A DNA stretch of 62,200 nt, the filler included. It is 5 parts of 5 records of this genome, joined end to end, with 100 filler letters (N's around TTAATTAATTAA, not from the genome) between each part and the next. Parts side by side here need not be neighbours in the genome. Positions count along the whole stretch, not along the records: positions 24,376 to 30,502 come from SRR7504441_7502; positions 30,603 to 42,601 come from SRR7504441_7503; 3 more parts are not named here. One strand, 5' to 3'. The notes beneath the pieces are model-generated. The model was not told the origin of the DNA and made no database searches. It worked only from the letters and a program-made list of their open reading frames with translations. The translations under genes and the position numbers were made by a program. Positions 24,844 through 35,295 of the stretch are shown here, in pieces. Numbering within the stretch: position 1 is the stretch's first letter; every line of letters starts with the position of its first letter.

Positions 24844-27219
24844 TCAATCAATCGTTGAGCAAAGCAACGCCGAGTTGTGGGCGTATTTATCGCGCACGCG
24901 AGTGAGATGCCGAGCTACGCTGCCTTGCGCCCAGGTGTGCGCCACAGGGTCCATCGCCTCGCCCAGCTGCTGCCACTCCGCCTCGAACGAGCCCAACTGG
25001 TCAGCAAACACTTGGTCAGACACCTTGACAGCGCTCTCGCCAGACATTTCATCCACCGAGCCGCCATCAGCGCTCTCACTGCGCGACTGCATCCCCAGCC
25101 GCATCGCAATCTCCCAGCGCCGCTTGTAATAGCTTCGGATCAGCCCGGACCACAGCCGCGCGGAGTAGTCGGAAATCTCTCCGTTAGGACCCCATCTAGT
25201 GACCAGGTTCCTCGCGTTGAACGCATACAGCGCGCGCTCTTCCTTTCCGTTGGCCAAAGCTAGCGCGTCCTGCAGCCATCGCTCGAACGAGAAGTGGTCG
25301 GTGCGGGAGAGCAGCGCGTCAAGGTCGTCGAGCAGCTCGAGGAACTCGCGAGAGGCCCGGCCAGTGTCAGGGTGCCCGTGCTCCAGGTGGCGGATGAACT
25401 TGAGGTAGATCCCCGCGGCCAAGTTGGCAAGCACCTGCCGGCTCAAGTCGATCAGATCGAGCTCAAGCGCGCTGCCCGGCCGCAGATCACTGGCCGCTCC
25501 AAGCAGCGCCAGCCAGGCCCGATGCAGATCGCAGTTGTTGTAGTGCAGCTTGGAAGACTGGAAGCCGTCATGCAGCACAGCCTCTCTGTTGAAGCTCGGC
25601 CGCTTCTCGATCACTGACTTGGTTGTCCCCCAAAGGCCGTTGCCCTGCGCCGGATCGAACACGCTATACACCGAGTTGGCCAGCGTCTGCCAGGCTTGCT
25701 GCAGCGAGCGCAACGTGGCCTGCTCGGCCGGACTGGCCAGCGGAAGCACAAACCCGTAGCGGGCAGCGACCCAGCCTTCTAGCCACTGGGTGAGATCGCG
25801 CGGAGCTGGGTTCCATGCATGGTCGAGCACCAACTCGTACACAATCGGGTTTTGGTTGATTGCCTCCATCGTGAGCCCGATGCCTGCCATCGTGGACCCC
25901 TTATCGTGCAGCGCTTTGTACGGCCGGGACATCAGCGTCGGCAGGTTACCCCTCAGCCCATTCTGGCCTCCAAAGTTGTGGAGCAAATTCCACACCCACG
26001 GGCTGTCGTGGTACTGCCTGGTGGTCTCATACGCCGGAGTAGCCTCGCTGATCAGATCTAGCACGAGCAGCCCCGACCTGGGCACTTTGCTCAAGTAAGC
26101 CTGGATCTGCTCGGGCTGCCAAAACTGCTGATGGAAGACAAACAGCCAGCCCTGCACCACCCAGACCGCCCGGGAGTCGGCCTCCTGCAGCGCCTTGATC
26201 TGGGCCTCGCCGCACAATGCTAGATACTCGGGTCTATTCGAACGCGGATCATTCTCGTTGAACTGATCGACAGCGTAGAAGTGGTCGGTGCCAAACATCT
26301 CGGCTTGTATACGGATGAACATTGAGCCTATCTCTCTGTACAGGTCGGAGCTTGGCTCAACGAAGCTAAGCCCTGAATACTCAGCAGGAAACCCGCTCCA
26401 TCGCGGCAGCCGGCTGTACTCGCCGTCCGGTCTGAGCTGCCTGAGCTCCTCGGGCACCTGTCCAGCGAGCCCTGGGAGCACAGGCCGCATCCCGAGCTCG
26501 CGCGCCCTCCGGAGCACACGGTGGGCCAGTTGTGTCGAGTGATCTATGTAGCCTCTAGGCAGCGGTCCGCCAAAGCCCTTCAAGTTGCCCATTCTGTGCC
26601 ACGCCAGGAAGCCAGGCCCAGTGAAGAAGCCGAGCACAGCCTTCTCGGACATCCCGAGCCGAGTGAATACCTGGAGCATAACGGCCTCCCTGTGGATGCT
26701 GATAAGCGGGCTGGTGACCCCGTGCAGCGCCATCCAGTCCAGCTCCCGCTCCCACCGCTCCCAGCCCCACCAGGCCATCGTGTAGCTGTGTGTGCAGTAG
26801 TTGAGATAGTACACCAGCGGCACCGCCCTCCGCTGCACCGGCTGGATGACCTCGCCGAAGTTCAACGGCATCCGCCGCTCTGCCACTCCCCAGCTGGTTG
26901 TGCACCCTCCCTGCGCCAGACACCACCTGTGCACAGCCGACGCCGCCGAGAGCGGTCCGTCGGCCGTTATCTGCAGCCGCCCCCCAGATGCTGTCAGCTG
27001 ATACTCGGGGGCAGCGGCGCCCGTGTACGTGACGCTCACCCGGTCGGCCGCTGCCGGCCCAAACACCCGGCTCATCAGCCCAGGGACCGGGTCGACGCCA
27101 GCAGCAGCCGGGGCGCTGAGCCACCGGGCCACGCACCACAGCGCGCTCAGCAGCGCCCCACAGAGCACGGCTGGGCTGCGCGCGTGCCGGCGCACCCACC
27201 GGAGCGGGCGGCGTTGCAT
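24844..27219 (-). CDS. NAGLU: Alpha-N-acetylglucosaminidase (GH89)
   Basis: YYLNYCTHSYTMAWW, WERELDWMALHG, FLAWHRMGNL, DQFNE, LHNFGG, GLTMEAINQNPIVYEL, NARNLVTRWGP. Confidence 0.95.
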   Translation of the reverse strand: MQRRPLRWVRRHARSPAVLCGALLSALWCVARWLSAPAAAGVDPVPGLMSRVFGPAAADRVSVTYTGAAAPEYQLTASGGRLQITADGPLSAASAVHRWCLAQGGCTTSWGVAERRMPLNFGEVIQPVQRRAVPLVYYLNYCTHSYTMAWWGWERWERELDWMALHGVTSPLISIHREAVMLQVFTRLGMSEKAVLGFFTGPGFLAWHRMGNLKGFGGPLPRGYIDHSTQLAHRVLRRARELGMRPVLPGLAGQVPEELRQLRPDGEYSRLPRWSGFPAEYSGLSFVEPSSDLYREIGSMFIRIQAEMFGTDHFYAVDQFNENDPRSNRPEYLALCGEAQIKALQEADSRAVWVVQGWLFVFHQQFWQPEQIQAYLSKVPRSGLLVLDLISEATPAYETTRQYHDSPWVWNLLHNFGGQNGLRGNLPTLMSRPYKALHDKGSTMAGIGLTMEAINQNPIVYELVLDHAWNPAPRDLTQWLEGWVAARYGFVLPLASPAEQATLRSLQQAWQTLANSVYSVFDPAQGNGLWGTTKSVIEKRPSFNREAVLHDGFQSSKLHYNNCDLHRAWLALLGAASDLRPGSALELDLIDLSRQVLANLAAGIYLKFIRHLEHGHPDTGRASREFLELLDDLDALLSRTDHFSFERWLQDALALANGKEERALYAFNARNLVTRWGPNGEISDYSARLWSGLIRSYYKRRWEIAMRLGMQSRSESADGGSVDEMSGESAVKVSDQVFADQLGSFEAEWQQLGEAMDPVAHTWAQGSVARHLTRVRDKYAHNSALLCSTID

Positions 27220-27362
27220 TCTGCCGTCGGGCACGCCGCTACGCTCGACCCAGCCCGGCCGTTGATCAACGGCTTCGGAGCTCCTTGCAGGCAAAGTTTG
27301 ATCAGCAAGGGCCAGTGCTCAGGCCTGTGCTGCACTGCCGGCTGGCGCCGGCGGGCAACGGC

Positions 27363-28909
27363 ATGTCGCAGCAGGCGCGGGTCAGGCCGCTGACGCAGCT
27401 CCGGACCGACCTTGGCAAGGCTCTCCGGCACCGGAATGGCTCCTCCCAACCGGCGCCCAGGCCCAGCCGGGCTGTCCCCGCCGACTGGAGGCAGCGCGTG
27501 CCGCCGGCCAGCGCGCCCGGGTCACCTAGTGGCGGGCGGCCCGAGCCGCCCGAGCAGCGAGCGGTCAAGGCGAAGCTGCGGGAAGCCGAAACGAGGGCAG
27601 CTGAGGTGGGCGCGCTGGCCAGTACTGTGCTCTAGGGTCAGCGGCAGGCGGAGGAGGCGGCCAGGGCGGACCAGTTACGCGCAAGGGCCGCCCAGGACCA
27701 GGCTGCACAGGCATCCCTAGTACTTTGGTTGTGCTGACGATGCGCAGGCCTCGAAGGCGCAAGCGACGGAACGCCGGAGGGCAGAAGAAGCCGCCGAGAA
27801 GGCCATGGAGGTTGGCTCTGCGCAATGAAATGCGAGCGTAAATGTGCTGCAGGCGACTAGAGCACTCGCAGAAGAGCGCGCAAGGATGGACGCAGCTTGT
27901 GAGAATTCGACTGAAGCGCAAACCAAAGCAACCAACGCGGAGCGATGGGCCAACGAGGCACGTGCACATACCCCGTGATCTGAAGCGTTGCTGGGGCAGG
28001 CAACCACAGCGCTGGCAGCGGAGCGCAATCGCGCTGAAGTGGCAGAGGCGGCTGCTGCAGAGGTCTACCTGTGTGACATTTTGCGGTCCATAATCGGTGT
28101 TCAGGCGAGGGCGGCTGCAGCAGTGAATCTAACGAGGGCCGAGGCAGCCGAGCTGAAGGCTAGCAAGGCGAGTAATCTGCTGTTTCCGTCATAGTGAATG
28201 GGCTTCAGGCCGAGGGAGCCGTCGAGGCACTGAAGCAACGGGTAGAGATCGCAGAGCAAAGAGCATGTCAGGTAGATGAATGCCGTGCTAGCTGCACATG
28301 ATTGGCTACAGGCTTCCGAGGGGTTAGCTGCTGAGAAATGGGCATCAGAAACAGCTGAACAACGCGCGAATCAGGTCGGTACCTGAATGTCCATGCATTA
28401 CTGCTTAATCTTAGGTTGGTGAAGCACTTGCTGCTGAGCGTAAGCTGCTAGATGGAACAGTGACACAGGCCAAAGAGGCCTTGAGTGCAGAGAGGGAGCA
28501 TGCTGTGACTGCAGCGATGGAGGCAAAGAAATGTAAACGCGCAGTAGTACTGGCAGAGCAGATGCTCGAAGCAGAGAAAGAAAAGCTCAGAGAGGTCAAC
28601 TCTGAACTGCTTTGTGTCCAACAGCGCAATCGCTTTTTGGCTAGTCATGTTACTTCACTACAGGACAAGATGACATGGGCATCTGAATCTCTGGAGAACG
28701 TCCTGACCATTATGTGGTCTCAGGAGACAGGGCAAAATCCCCTCCATTTTTCCGTGACCTGGTTTGCGGTTGCAAGCGTGACAGAGTTGTCCTCTATAAC
28801 AACCATTGGGTCTGGCAGGGATTCTAAGTCGCCCGGCTCCAGCTGCAAAGACAGGCCTAGAATACAGCATATATTTTCAGTGCATAATGCCGAGTATTTC
28901 AATTATTAA
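27363..28909 (+). CDS. Ala/Glu-rich coiled-coil protein, 5' part, many tiny introns; ends at donor 28754 or stop 28909
   Basis: Exons such as AKLREAETRAAE, ASKAQATERRRAEEAAEKAME, QAKEALSAEREHAV..EKEKLREVNSEL. GC-AG intron 27711-27747. Confidence 0.7.
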
Positions 28910-29328
28910 GAGACACCTGGATGTCCACCTGGAGATACAGCTGCTACCATCTGTTGGGCACCTGCAACTGCTGCTGCTGCCTCTTGAAAGCTTGCAACCG
29001 CCTTGCATATTTCTTTATACTCCGCTACAGCATCTGTGACTCGCTGTTGCGCTTTCGCTATGGCGTCCTCATCTCCTGATGCTAAAATCTTAGCGAGCCT
29101 TTGTTTGGCCGCCTCTACTGCCGCTGACGCTTCCTGTTGCCGTGCATTTGCCTTGGCGCTACCGGCATTGCTCGAAGCACGATGCAATGCCTCCGCCACC
29201 GCCACCTCTGCCTGCTTCACGATAGCCTGGCTCTTTGGAGTTTTCAACGGGCGGCAACTCTTAGGTGTCTTGAACTCCTGAGTGTCCTGTTCAGTCGAGG
29301 ACGTTCGGGATACTTCAATTTGGTTCTG
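28759..29328 (-). CDS. Antisense, start-less exon(s) (29328 to ~28930/28906; possibly 28842-28759) encoding Ala-rich helical sequence
   Basis: Acceptor cttaattctgcag|; QAIVKQAEVAVAEALHRA..EAAKQRLAKILASGDEDAIAKAQQRV; no in-frame upstream ATG. A second candidate exon LEPGDLESLPDPMVVIEDNSVTLATANQ is flanked by tttgcag| and |gtcacg. Confidence 0.55.
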
Positions 29329-29369
29329 CTGCAGAATTAAGCCACAGGACAACTGTGCGCATGCTTCAG

Positions 29370-30390
29370 GCCGAACCGGCTTCGAAGGTAGATGTCAACT
29401 GTAATCGCAGGAAGGAAGCTGCGCAAGCTTCCAGGCAGCAGCTTGTAACCGCTCTGCAATCGCGCATCGGTGTTTTAGAAAAGGAGCTTGCTTTGCAACT
29501 TCGACACGCGGAAGGCCAGCAGCGCGCAATCGATTCACTCCAGCAAGAGTTGGCCAGTCATGTGCAGCTAGCAGAGAACATGATTGACTCCCAAAAGTCC
29601 AACTTCAAGAAAACGATTGGCTCTCTTCAGCAAGAACTGTCTATTACGCGTAAGTCTGGGGATCAGTCCTCGGCAGTGCACCATGCTGTGGAAGCAGAGT
29701 GGGCTGAAAAGCTTAACGCAGCAAATGAAGCGTCTGCGGCAAAGCAGACCAAGATCGAACGCCTCGAGGACGAAATTGGGTCGAATGAAAGGCTGTATAT
29801 TTCAAAAATCGAGCTTCTTGAGGCCGAGCTTGCTGATCAGCTTATGGAAGAGCAGCGGACTTCTCAATTGAAGGCTGTGGAAGAGCAGCGCATGCGAATA
29901 GTTGCACTCGAACGGGACCTGGACGCCACCATGAAGGTCAAAGAAGATACAGCAGCACTTCATCGCCTCGAGCAGGACAGCATGCAAGCGCGGCTGACTG
30001 CCCTGCAGGGAGAACTGGCGGCAAGTGACATCCGCAACAAGGAGGCTGAAGTCCAAAGGCGTACCCTGGAACGTGATCTGGCTGACTGTGCAAGGAGGGT
30101 GGATGTTGCTGAGTCAGCTCTCTGCTCGCGGGAGGCCCTGTTGGAGAGTAAGCTCACTCGTTCAGGAGCGGTTTATGACCGAAGCGTTTAGATCTCTGCA
30201 TGGTCAAGTGAAATCTCTCGAGCAAGACCTTGAAGAAGAGGAGCAGGTGCATGTAGCGTGTTGGCCGCAGGATTGACTGGTGTGTTGGTAGACTTCATCT
30301 CAGCTACTCTCGAAACTCAAGACCTGCCAAATGCAATCCAAGACTGTCTGTGCGAGTAGTGTCGTATCGGTGCCTGCGTATTTGAAATAA
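29370..30390 (+). CDS. Coiled-coil protein, 3' part (multi-exon)
   Basis: Acceptor gcttcag| at 29369 (alternative ATG at 29361); long heptad-rich ORF; final small exons run to TAA 30388-30390. Confidence 0.7.
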
Positions 30391-30502
30391 AGATTCGTTG
30401 TGTGCACAATCAACAATCATGCATGCGCCCAATGCACAATTATGTAGAAGTTCCGTGGGTGCTAGACTCTCAGCACATGGTGGTATCGACAGATACCGTT
30501 GG

Positions 30503-30602
30503 NNNNNNNNNNNNNNNNNNNNNNNNNNNNNNNNNNNNNNNNNNNNTTAATTAATTAANNNNNNNNNNNNNNNNNNNNNNNNNNNNNNNNNNNNNNNNNN
30601 NN
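30503..30602. other. Artificial contig linker
   Basis: N44-TTAATTAATTAA-N44. Confidence 0.98.
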
Positions 30603-30720
30603 TAGTTGTCAATAAAGCGATTTGAGTCTCTGCGAGTGCGACAACGCATCAGAATCATTTAATGAACGATTTGTCACACACAACAGCCCCTCCTGCTACC
30701 GCCCGGTTTCCTACACCCAG

Positions 30721-31461
30721 CTACCTGCCACACCACTCCTCGGTCTCTTGAAGGTGCGTGAGGAAATCTTGGTCGGTCGCTGTAATGCGAAAGGTGGCCT
30801 TGCTGTTCCACGAGCTCGGCTGAATGCCGAGAGGCGCCCAATCCTCCGGTCTAGCGGCGTCGAGACATTCGTACTCCACACTGACCCGCTCGATGGCGGC
30901 GAGGAAGCCGGCAAAGCATTCTCGCGGGTAATCAAAGCGACTCACACATGTGGGAGGGCGTACCTCCAACTTAAAATTTGCCTGTACCCCCGCCCAGCTG
31001 GCGCCCTCGTCTGCGGCGGCGCTGCACACGGCGGCCACCGCGTCGATGAAGCGCTGCGCGTGCTCCACTGAGTCCAGGTAGAACTCCATTGTGGCTCCAT
31101 CGGCGCGCATGCTGGTTCCTGACCCGCAGCGCAGCTGCGCAAGCGCCGGGTCTGCCACGCCCACCGCCGCAAGCAGGCGTGCCTTCTCGGTCTGCAGGTG
31201 GTCCATGTCCTGGATATCGGCAAACCCATGCACGAGCACGTGCCCGTTCTGGCGCCACGCCTCGTGCTGGGTCAGCGGGCATGCCGCCTGGCGGTCGACA
31301 AACGCGCTATTGCTCCCCGCGAGCTGGTCCACCCACCAGACCTCGTCGTCCGTCCCTTCAAGCCCGAGCGTCTGAGACGAGTAGAAATCGATCACCGCCG
31401 TCGCCCCCTCGATGCTCTGCACCACAAACTTGTACAGGTCGGTGCCACCGCCGCGCCCCAT
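30721..31461 (-). CDS. Hypothetical protein
   Basis: ORF from ATG 31461 (MGRGGGTDLYKFVVQS) with coding-like composition. Confidence 0.55.
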   Translation of the reverse strand: MGRGGGTDLYKFVVQSIEGATAVIDFYSSQTLGLEGTDDEVWWVDQLAGSNSAFVDRQAACPLTQHEAWRQNGHVLVHGFADIQDMDHLQTEKARLLAAVGVADPALAQLRCGSGTSMRADGATMEFYLDSVEHAQRFIDAVAAVCSAAADEGASWAGVQANFKLEVRPPTCVSRFDYPRECFAGFLAAIERVSVEYECLDAARPEDWAPLGIQPSSWNSKATFRITATDQDFLTHLQETEEWCGR

Positions 31462-31567
31462 CGCCGAGGCGGCAGTAACGGCAGTAACGGCAACCAGCCG
31501 GACCTCTCTGGTGCTTGTGGGCTGGCGGGGGAGCTCGGGAGGCCGCTCCGGCGCGTTGCTGCTGCAG

Positions 31568-32631
31568 ACGCTCCCGCCGAGCCGGCCCAACTAACACCGC
31601 CGAGGCCCGCCGCTGACACTGCCGAGGCCCGCCGGCTGACTGGGCCTGGCCGGTGGCGATGCGAGGCGCTCTCGACCAGGCTTCCCGGCCGGTCGGTGTT
31701 CCGCGTGAGCACCCCGCAGGCCAGCCTGATCCTAAAGCTCTGCGACCCAGGGGCCAGCTGCCCTCTCGCCGGCGCGTACCCCCTCCGTGAGCTCGCCTTC
31801 TACGGCGCTGCTCCGCTGGACGCCGGGGGAAGCCTGGCCGCGCCTCGGTGCCGGCTCATCCAGCCGCTGCCCGACGGCCGCACGGCGCTCTGGCTGGACG
31901 AAGCGCGCGAAAGCGGCCCAGCTGGCAGCCTGGACCGACTCAGGCTCACTGCTGGCTGCCTCGGCAACGGGCTCCAGCAGCTGGCGCCAGACCAGCGGTG
32001 GCCGCCGGAGCTGACCCAGCAGCTGCCGAGGGATGACTTCCGCCGGCGAGCCACCGAGCCCGGCGTGATCACTCGGGCAGTGGCGGCAGGGCTAGCGTTC
32101 TCCTGCTGGCTGGTCGGGTGGGCCAGCCCGCGGTGGCGGGTGCTGGCAAGGTTTTGGTGGTCGGGGGCTCGGTCGCGGAGAGTGCCGGCAGTTGGCGCGA
32201 TGATGATGCACGGCGATTTGCAGCCGCGTAATGTGCTGCTGAGAGGTTCAGCACAGGGCGAGTGGACTGCCACACTTGTGGACTGGGAGGGCTGCGCGCC
32301 GATGCCGGCCGGGGCGGACCTTGGGCTGATGCTCTACTACCATTTCAGGCCGCAGCTCCGCATGGCCGGGTTGATGCGACACCCGGGAGCGTGGGCTGAT
32401 ACAACAGAGCAGCTACTGCGGGACACGGGCCGACCGGCCGAGTTGCGGCCCGGGTGCGTATGGTTGTTGCACGGGTTGATATGGAGGGAGATTGTGAGCG
32501 TGCTGCTCGAGGCACTGCTCGGGTCAGCGCGGCAGCCGATGGTGGGCGGGCTGTGGGTACGGTTGTGGTCGGCAATCGATTGGCTGGTGGCCGCGGCCGG
32601 TTTATTCTTGCAGCTACCCGATCCGGGCTGA
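31568..32631 (+). CDS. Aminoglycoside-phosphotransferase/choline-kinase-like protein; start codon not evident
   Basis: SVFRV...LILKL, RELAFY, ALWLDE, HGDLQPRNVLL, LVDWE, DLGLML. Confidence 0.75.
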
Positions 32632-33021
32632 ACTTAGTGACGTCGGTGAAATAGATGCTATATAGAATGATAGATACGCGGATACGAGTATATACTCGTA
32701 TGAAGCGAGATTGCCTGTAATTCGAATATAATTCGAATGGAAAATATATAACCACATCCTAACCACATCCGAAACTACGTGCTGTGCGGATGCTCTCATC
32801 AGGATTCCAAGACGAACGTTCGATATTGACTGAGAAGTACGAGAAGTATCAAGTATACTTGTAAATAGCCAAGCTACTTACTGTACAAATACTGTACAAA
32901 TACTGTGCAATACATGTAGATTGAATTGTAGATCTACTGTACTAGGCAGGAGTAGGCAGGAGTCGCAGGACTGTCCGGCGGAGCTCGGTCAGTCGGTTTG
33001 ACGATTGAAGAAGGTCAACAC

Positions 33022-33351
33022 TCAACGGCTGGTTTCATGGTGTAACCAGCACCGCTGGCTCTGAAGTAGCTGGCAAGCGATGGGCGGGTGTCGTTCATCG
33101 GCGCGTTCGACCTCGGCAGAGGACCACCCAGTCACAATCGTCGCGCCCAAATCGTCGGCCAGCCGCTCCCGCCGATCGAGCAGCCGGGCCAAGCCGTCGG
33201 CGCTCAATCTGATTAAGAACCCAGCCTCAGGCTCTGCGGGCGAGTGCGACAAGTGCCCAGCCGCGGGGGCCGCGCCGCCAGCCTGGGCAGATGTGATGGA
33301 CCGCACCCCACGGACAGCTGTCCGTTCTTCCGCAAACCGCGCGAGAAGCAT
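33022..33351 (-). CDS. Hypothetical protein
   Basis: GFLIRLSADGLARLLDRRERLADDLGATIV; ends at the AT-rich convergent spacer. Confidence 0.35.
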   Translation of the reverse strand: MLLARFAEERTAVRGVRSITSAQAGGAAPAAGHLSHSPAEPEAGFLIRLSADGLARLLDRRERLADDLGATIVTGWSSAEVERADERHPPIACQLLQSQRCWLHHETSR

Positions 33352-33416
33352 CCGGTGCCCTGCCCAGCGCCGCCGCCGGTCCTCACCCCGCGCAGGACGC
33401 TCAACGCCGAAAGCCG

Positions 33417-34038
33417 ATGGACATGGGCGCCGGAGGTGGGCCGCCGAGGGTGGGCCGCGAGCAGTGGGTGCGGCAGGTGGCAATTTTGTCCTCCGGTCGG
33501 CCCGGGTGGTGCGCCAACCTGGCGACGGCTCCTGCCTATTTCATTCAATGGCCTACGGGCTGGTGCGCCGGCTGTCTGCGGGGCTGGAGCCGGGGATAGG
33601 GCTCCCGTGGCGCGAGCACCCTGCGCCGGGACATTGCGGGTTTTGTGCAACAGAATCCGAATCTAAAAATTGCAGATACTCCGTGCGTCCACTGCAGGCC
33701 ATTGCAGGAACCACTGAGCGGCTGCGGCAGGCTGAGGGATTGGGTTCGCTGGGACTCGGGCTGCGGCGTGGGCACGTACGCCTCGCGGATGAAGTACAGC
33801 GGTAGCGCCCTGCTGGCCGGTGGTTCAGTGCAGGGCAGGCTGGGGAGGCGGGATTGAGATGGCTGCCTGTGCGAGGCTGCTGAACATCAATGTGCACGTG
33901 TATGAGAGGAGGCGGAGCGGGGGCGGGTACCAGCGTATCTCCTGCTTTGACGCGCCCGGCCGGGCCGCGCGCTCCGCGAAGACTGTGCATGTGCTATATT
34001 GTGGAGGTTGTCACTACGATGCGTTGATGCCTAACTAG
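33417..34038 (+). CDS. OTU-family deubiquitinase (about 4 tiny introns)
   Basis: Spliced read contains PGDGSCLFHS, LRRDIAGFV, WGGGIEM and HYDAL. Confidence 0.9.
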
Positions 34039-34203
34039 TCTCGTGTTCAAACTTTTAGAATCTAAGTGTACATAGATAGTGTACAAACCTAAATCGCGGG
34101 TGTCCGATATTTTGACATACCCTGTCTCAACCAGTCGTTTTAATGCCGAGATGATACTTTAAACTAATGTTAGTTACATATTTGTGGATTCCGGCAGGCA
34201 AAA

Positions 34204-34581
34204 TCATAGCGTTGCTCCAGCTAGGGTCTGTTTCAGTGTGATCTTCTTCATCATGTTCTTATGCAAATGTACAGGCCGCTCAACAGGCGCATAGCATCGC
34301 TTTGCCGGCCGGTAGACCTGGTTCTCCGGATCCGGGGCCACATGCCGGTAGGTTTTGCCTACAGGCAGGATCCAGTGCTGGCCATAACACTTGTCAGTGT
34401 AGGCCAACTTATGTGTGGTGCGATACTTGTCGCGCATCCCGTTATTAACTGCCGACGTGTTCATGTACTTCCGCCATTCTAGCACGTTCTGCTGCTTGAG
34501 TACTCGGTTTGGCCACAGAGAAGCGCTGCCCACCTCGTGTGAATCGGCTGGCGACCTGGAGGCCCCCGCCTGGTCTGGTCT
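34204..34581 (-). CDS. Hypothetical protein, terminal exon (no clear head)
   Basis: Open from acceptor ggtag| at 34582 to stop 34204; LKQQNVLEWRKYMNT..YRTTHKLAY. Confidence 0.45.
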   Translation of the reverse strand, partial: RPDQAGASRSPADSHEVGSASLWPNRVLKQQNVLEWRKYMNTSAVNNGMRDKYRTTHKLAYTDKCYGQHWILPVGKTYRHVAPDPENQVYRPAKRCYAPVERPVHLHKNMMKKITLKQTLAGATL

Positions 34582-34634
34582 CTACCTTTATGCACGCAGC
34601 TGCAGTAATGCAAGCCTGATTGACTGTTGGCCAG

Positions 34635-34949
34635 GTTGATATCATGAGCCGCTATGCTGCTCTCAAGGAAGAGACTCTGAATGATGCCTCGGATAGCATC
34701 TGGGACTCCAAGGACAATCTTTCGAAAGCACCCGATGACGCTGGGGATGTACCTGCACCCAACGATAAAAGCAAAGGCAAAGCAACACCAGAGAAAGCAG
34801 CTTCAACGGCTAAAAAGGCAGTTGTCAATGGACCGGAAGGCATGTGCATTCAATTACTTCGAGAGGCAGATGCTCAAGCTAAGATGCTCCGATCAGTAGC
34901 GATCATGATTGACCCGCACCAGGACAGCGCACTGCCACGGATTCGTTAG
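34635..34949 (+). CDS. Hypothetical protein, terminal exon (or small gene from ATG 34644)
   Basis: Branch-point-like ctgattgac plus ccag| acceptor; VDIMSRYAALKEE..QLLREADAQAKMLRS. Confidence 0.45.
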   Translation, partial: VDIMSRYAALKEETLNDASDSIWDSKDNLSKAPDDAGDVPAPNDKSKGKATPEKAASTAKKAVVNGPEGMCIQLLREADAQAKMLRSVAIMIDPHQDSALPRIR

Positions 34950-35173
34950 CATGTACGTAGCATGTACGACGGCCCATGGCCATATGATACTACCGTACTT
35001 AAGCCTAACCAGTTACCTAAGCCATCATTAGACCAACAAATTTTACACGACTGTATCAATTTGCGCATCGATGGACAAGCATGCAGAAATCAATACTTTT
35101 GTATTTCTATAAAACCCTAACAAACCATAAGATGTGCGTACATACATGGCACATACATGGCAACAACTCAACA

Positions 35174-35240
35174 TCCTTGATCTCATGCACTGGCCTTATC
35201 GAGTCTCGACTTTTGGCCTCAGTGCTGTCATCCTCAAGGA
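35174..35240 (-). promoter_or_regulatory. Eukaryotic type II SECIS element in the 3' UTR of the P1B-ATPase
   Basis: RNA: UCCUUGA-GG-AUGAC-AGCACUGAGGCC-AAAA-GUCGAGACUCGAU-AA-GGCCAGUGCA-UGAG-A-UCAAGGA. Perfect 7-bp helix I, AUGA/GA core, helix II, unpaired AAAA 13 nt after AUGA, apical mini-helix. Confidence 0.85.
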
Positions 35241-35295
35241 GTCATGGTACGCCGATTGGTCGCTGGAAGCCTGCAGCATGCGTAGCAGGCTGCAA

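Noticed and set aside
28658-28702. Minus-strand terminal exon DVLQRFRCPCHLVL*
   Set aside because: The plus-strand reading here is a convincing coiled-coil continuation.
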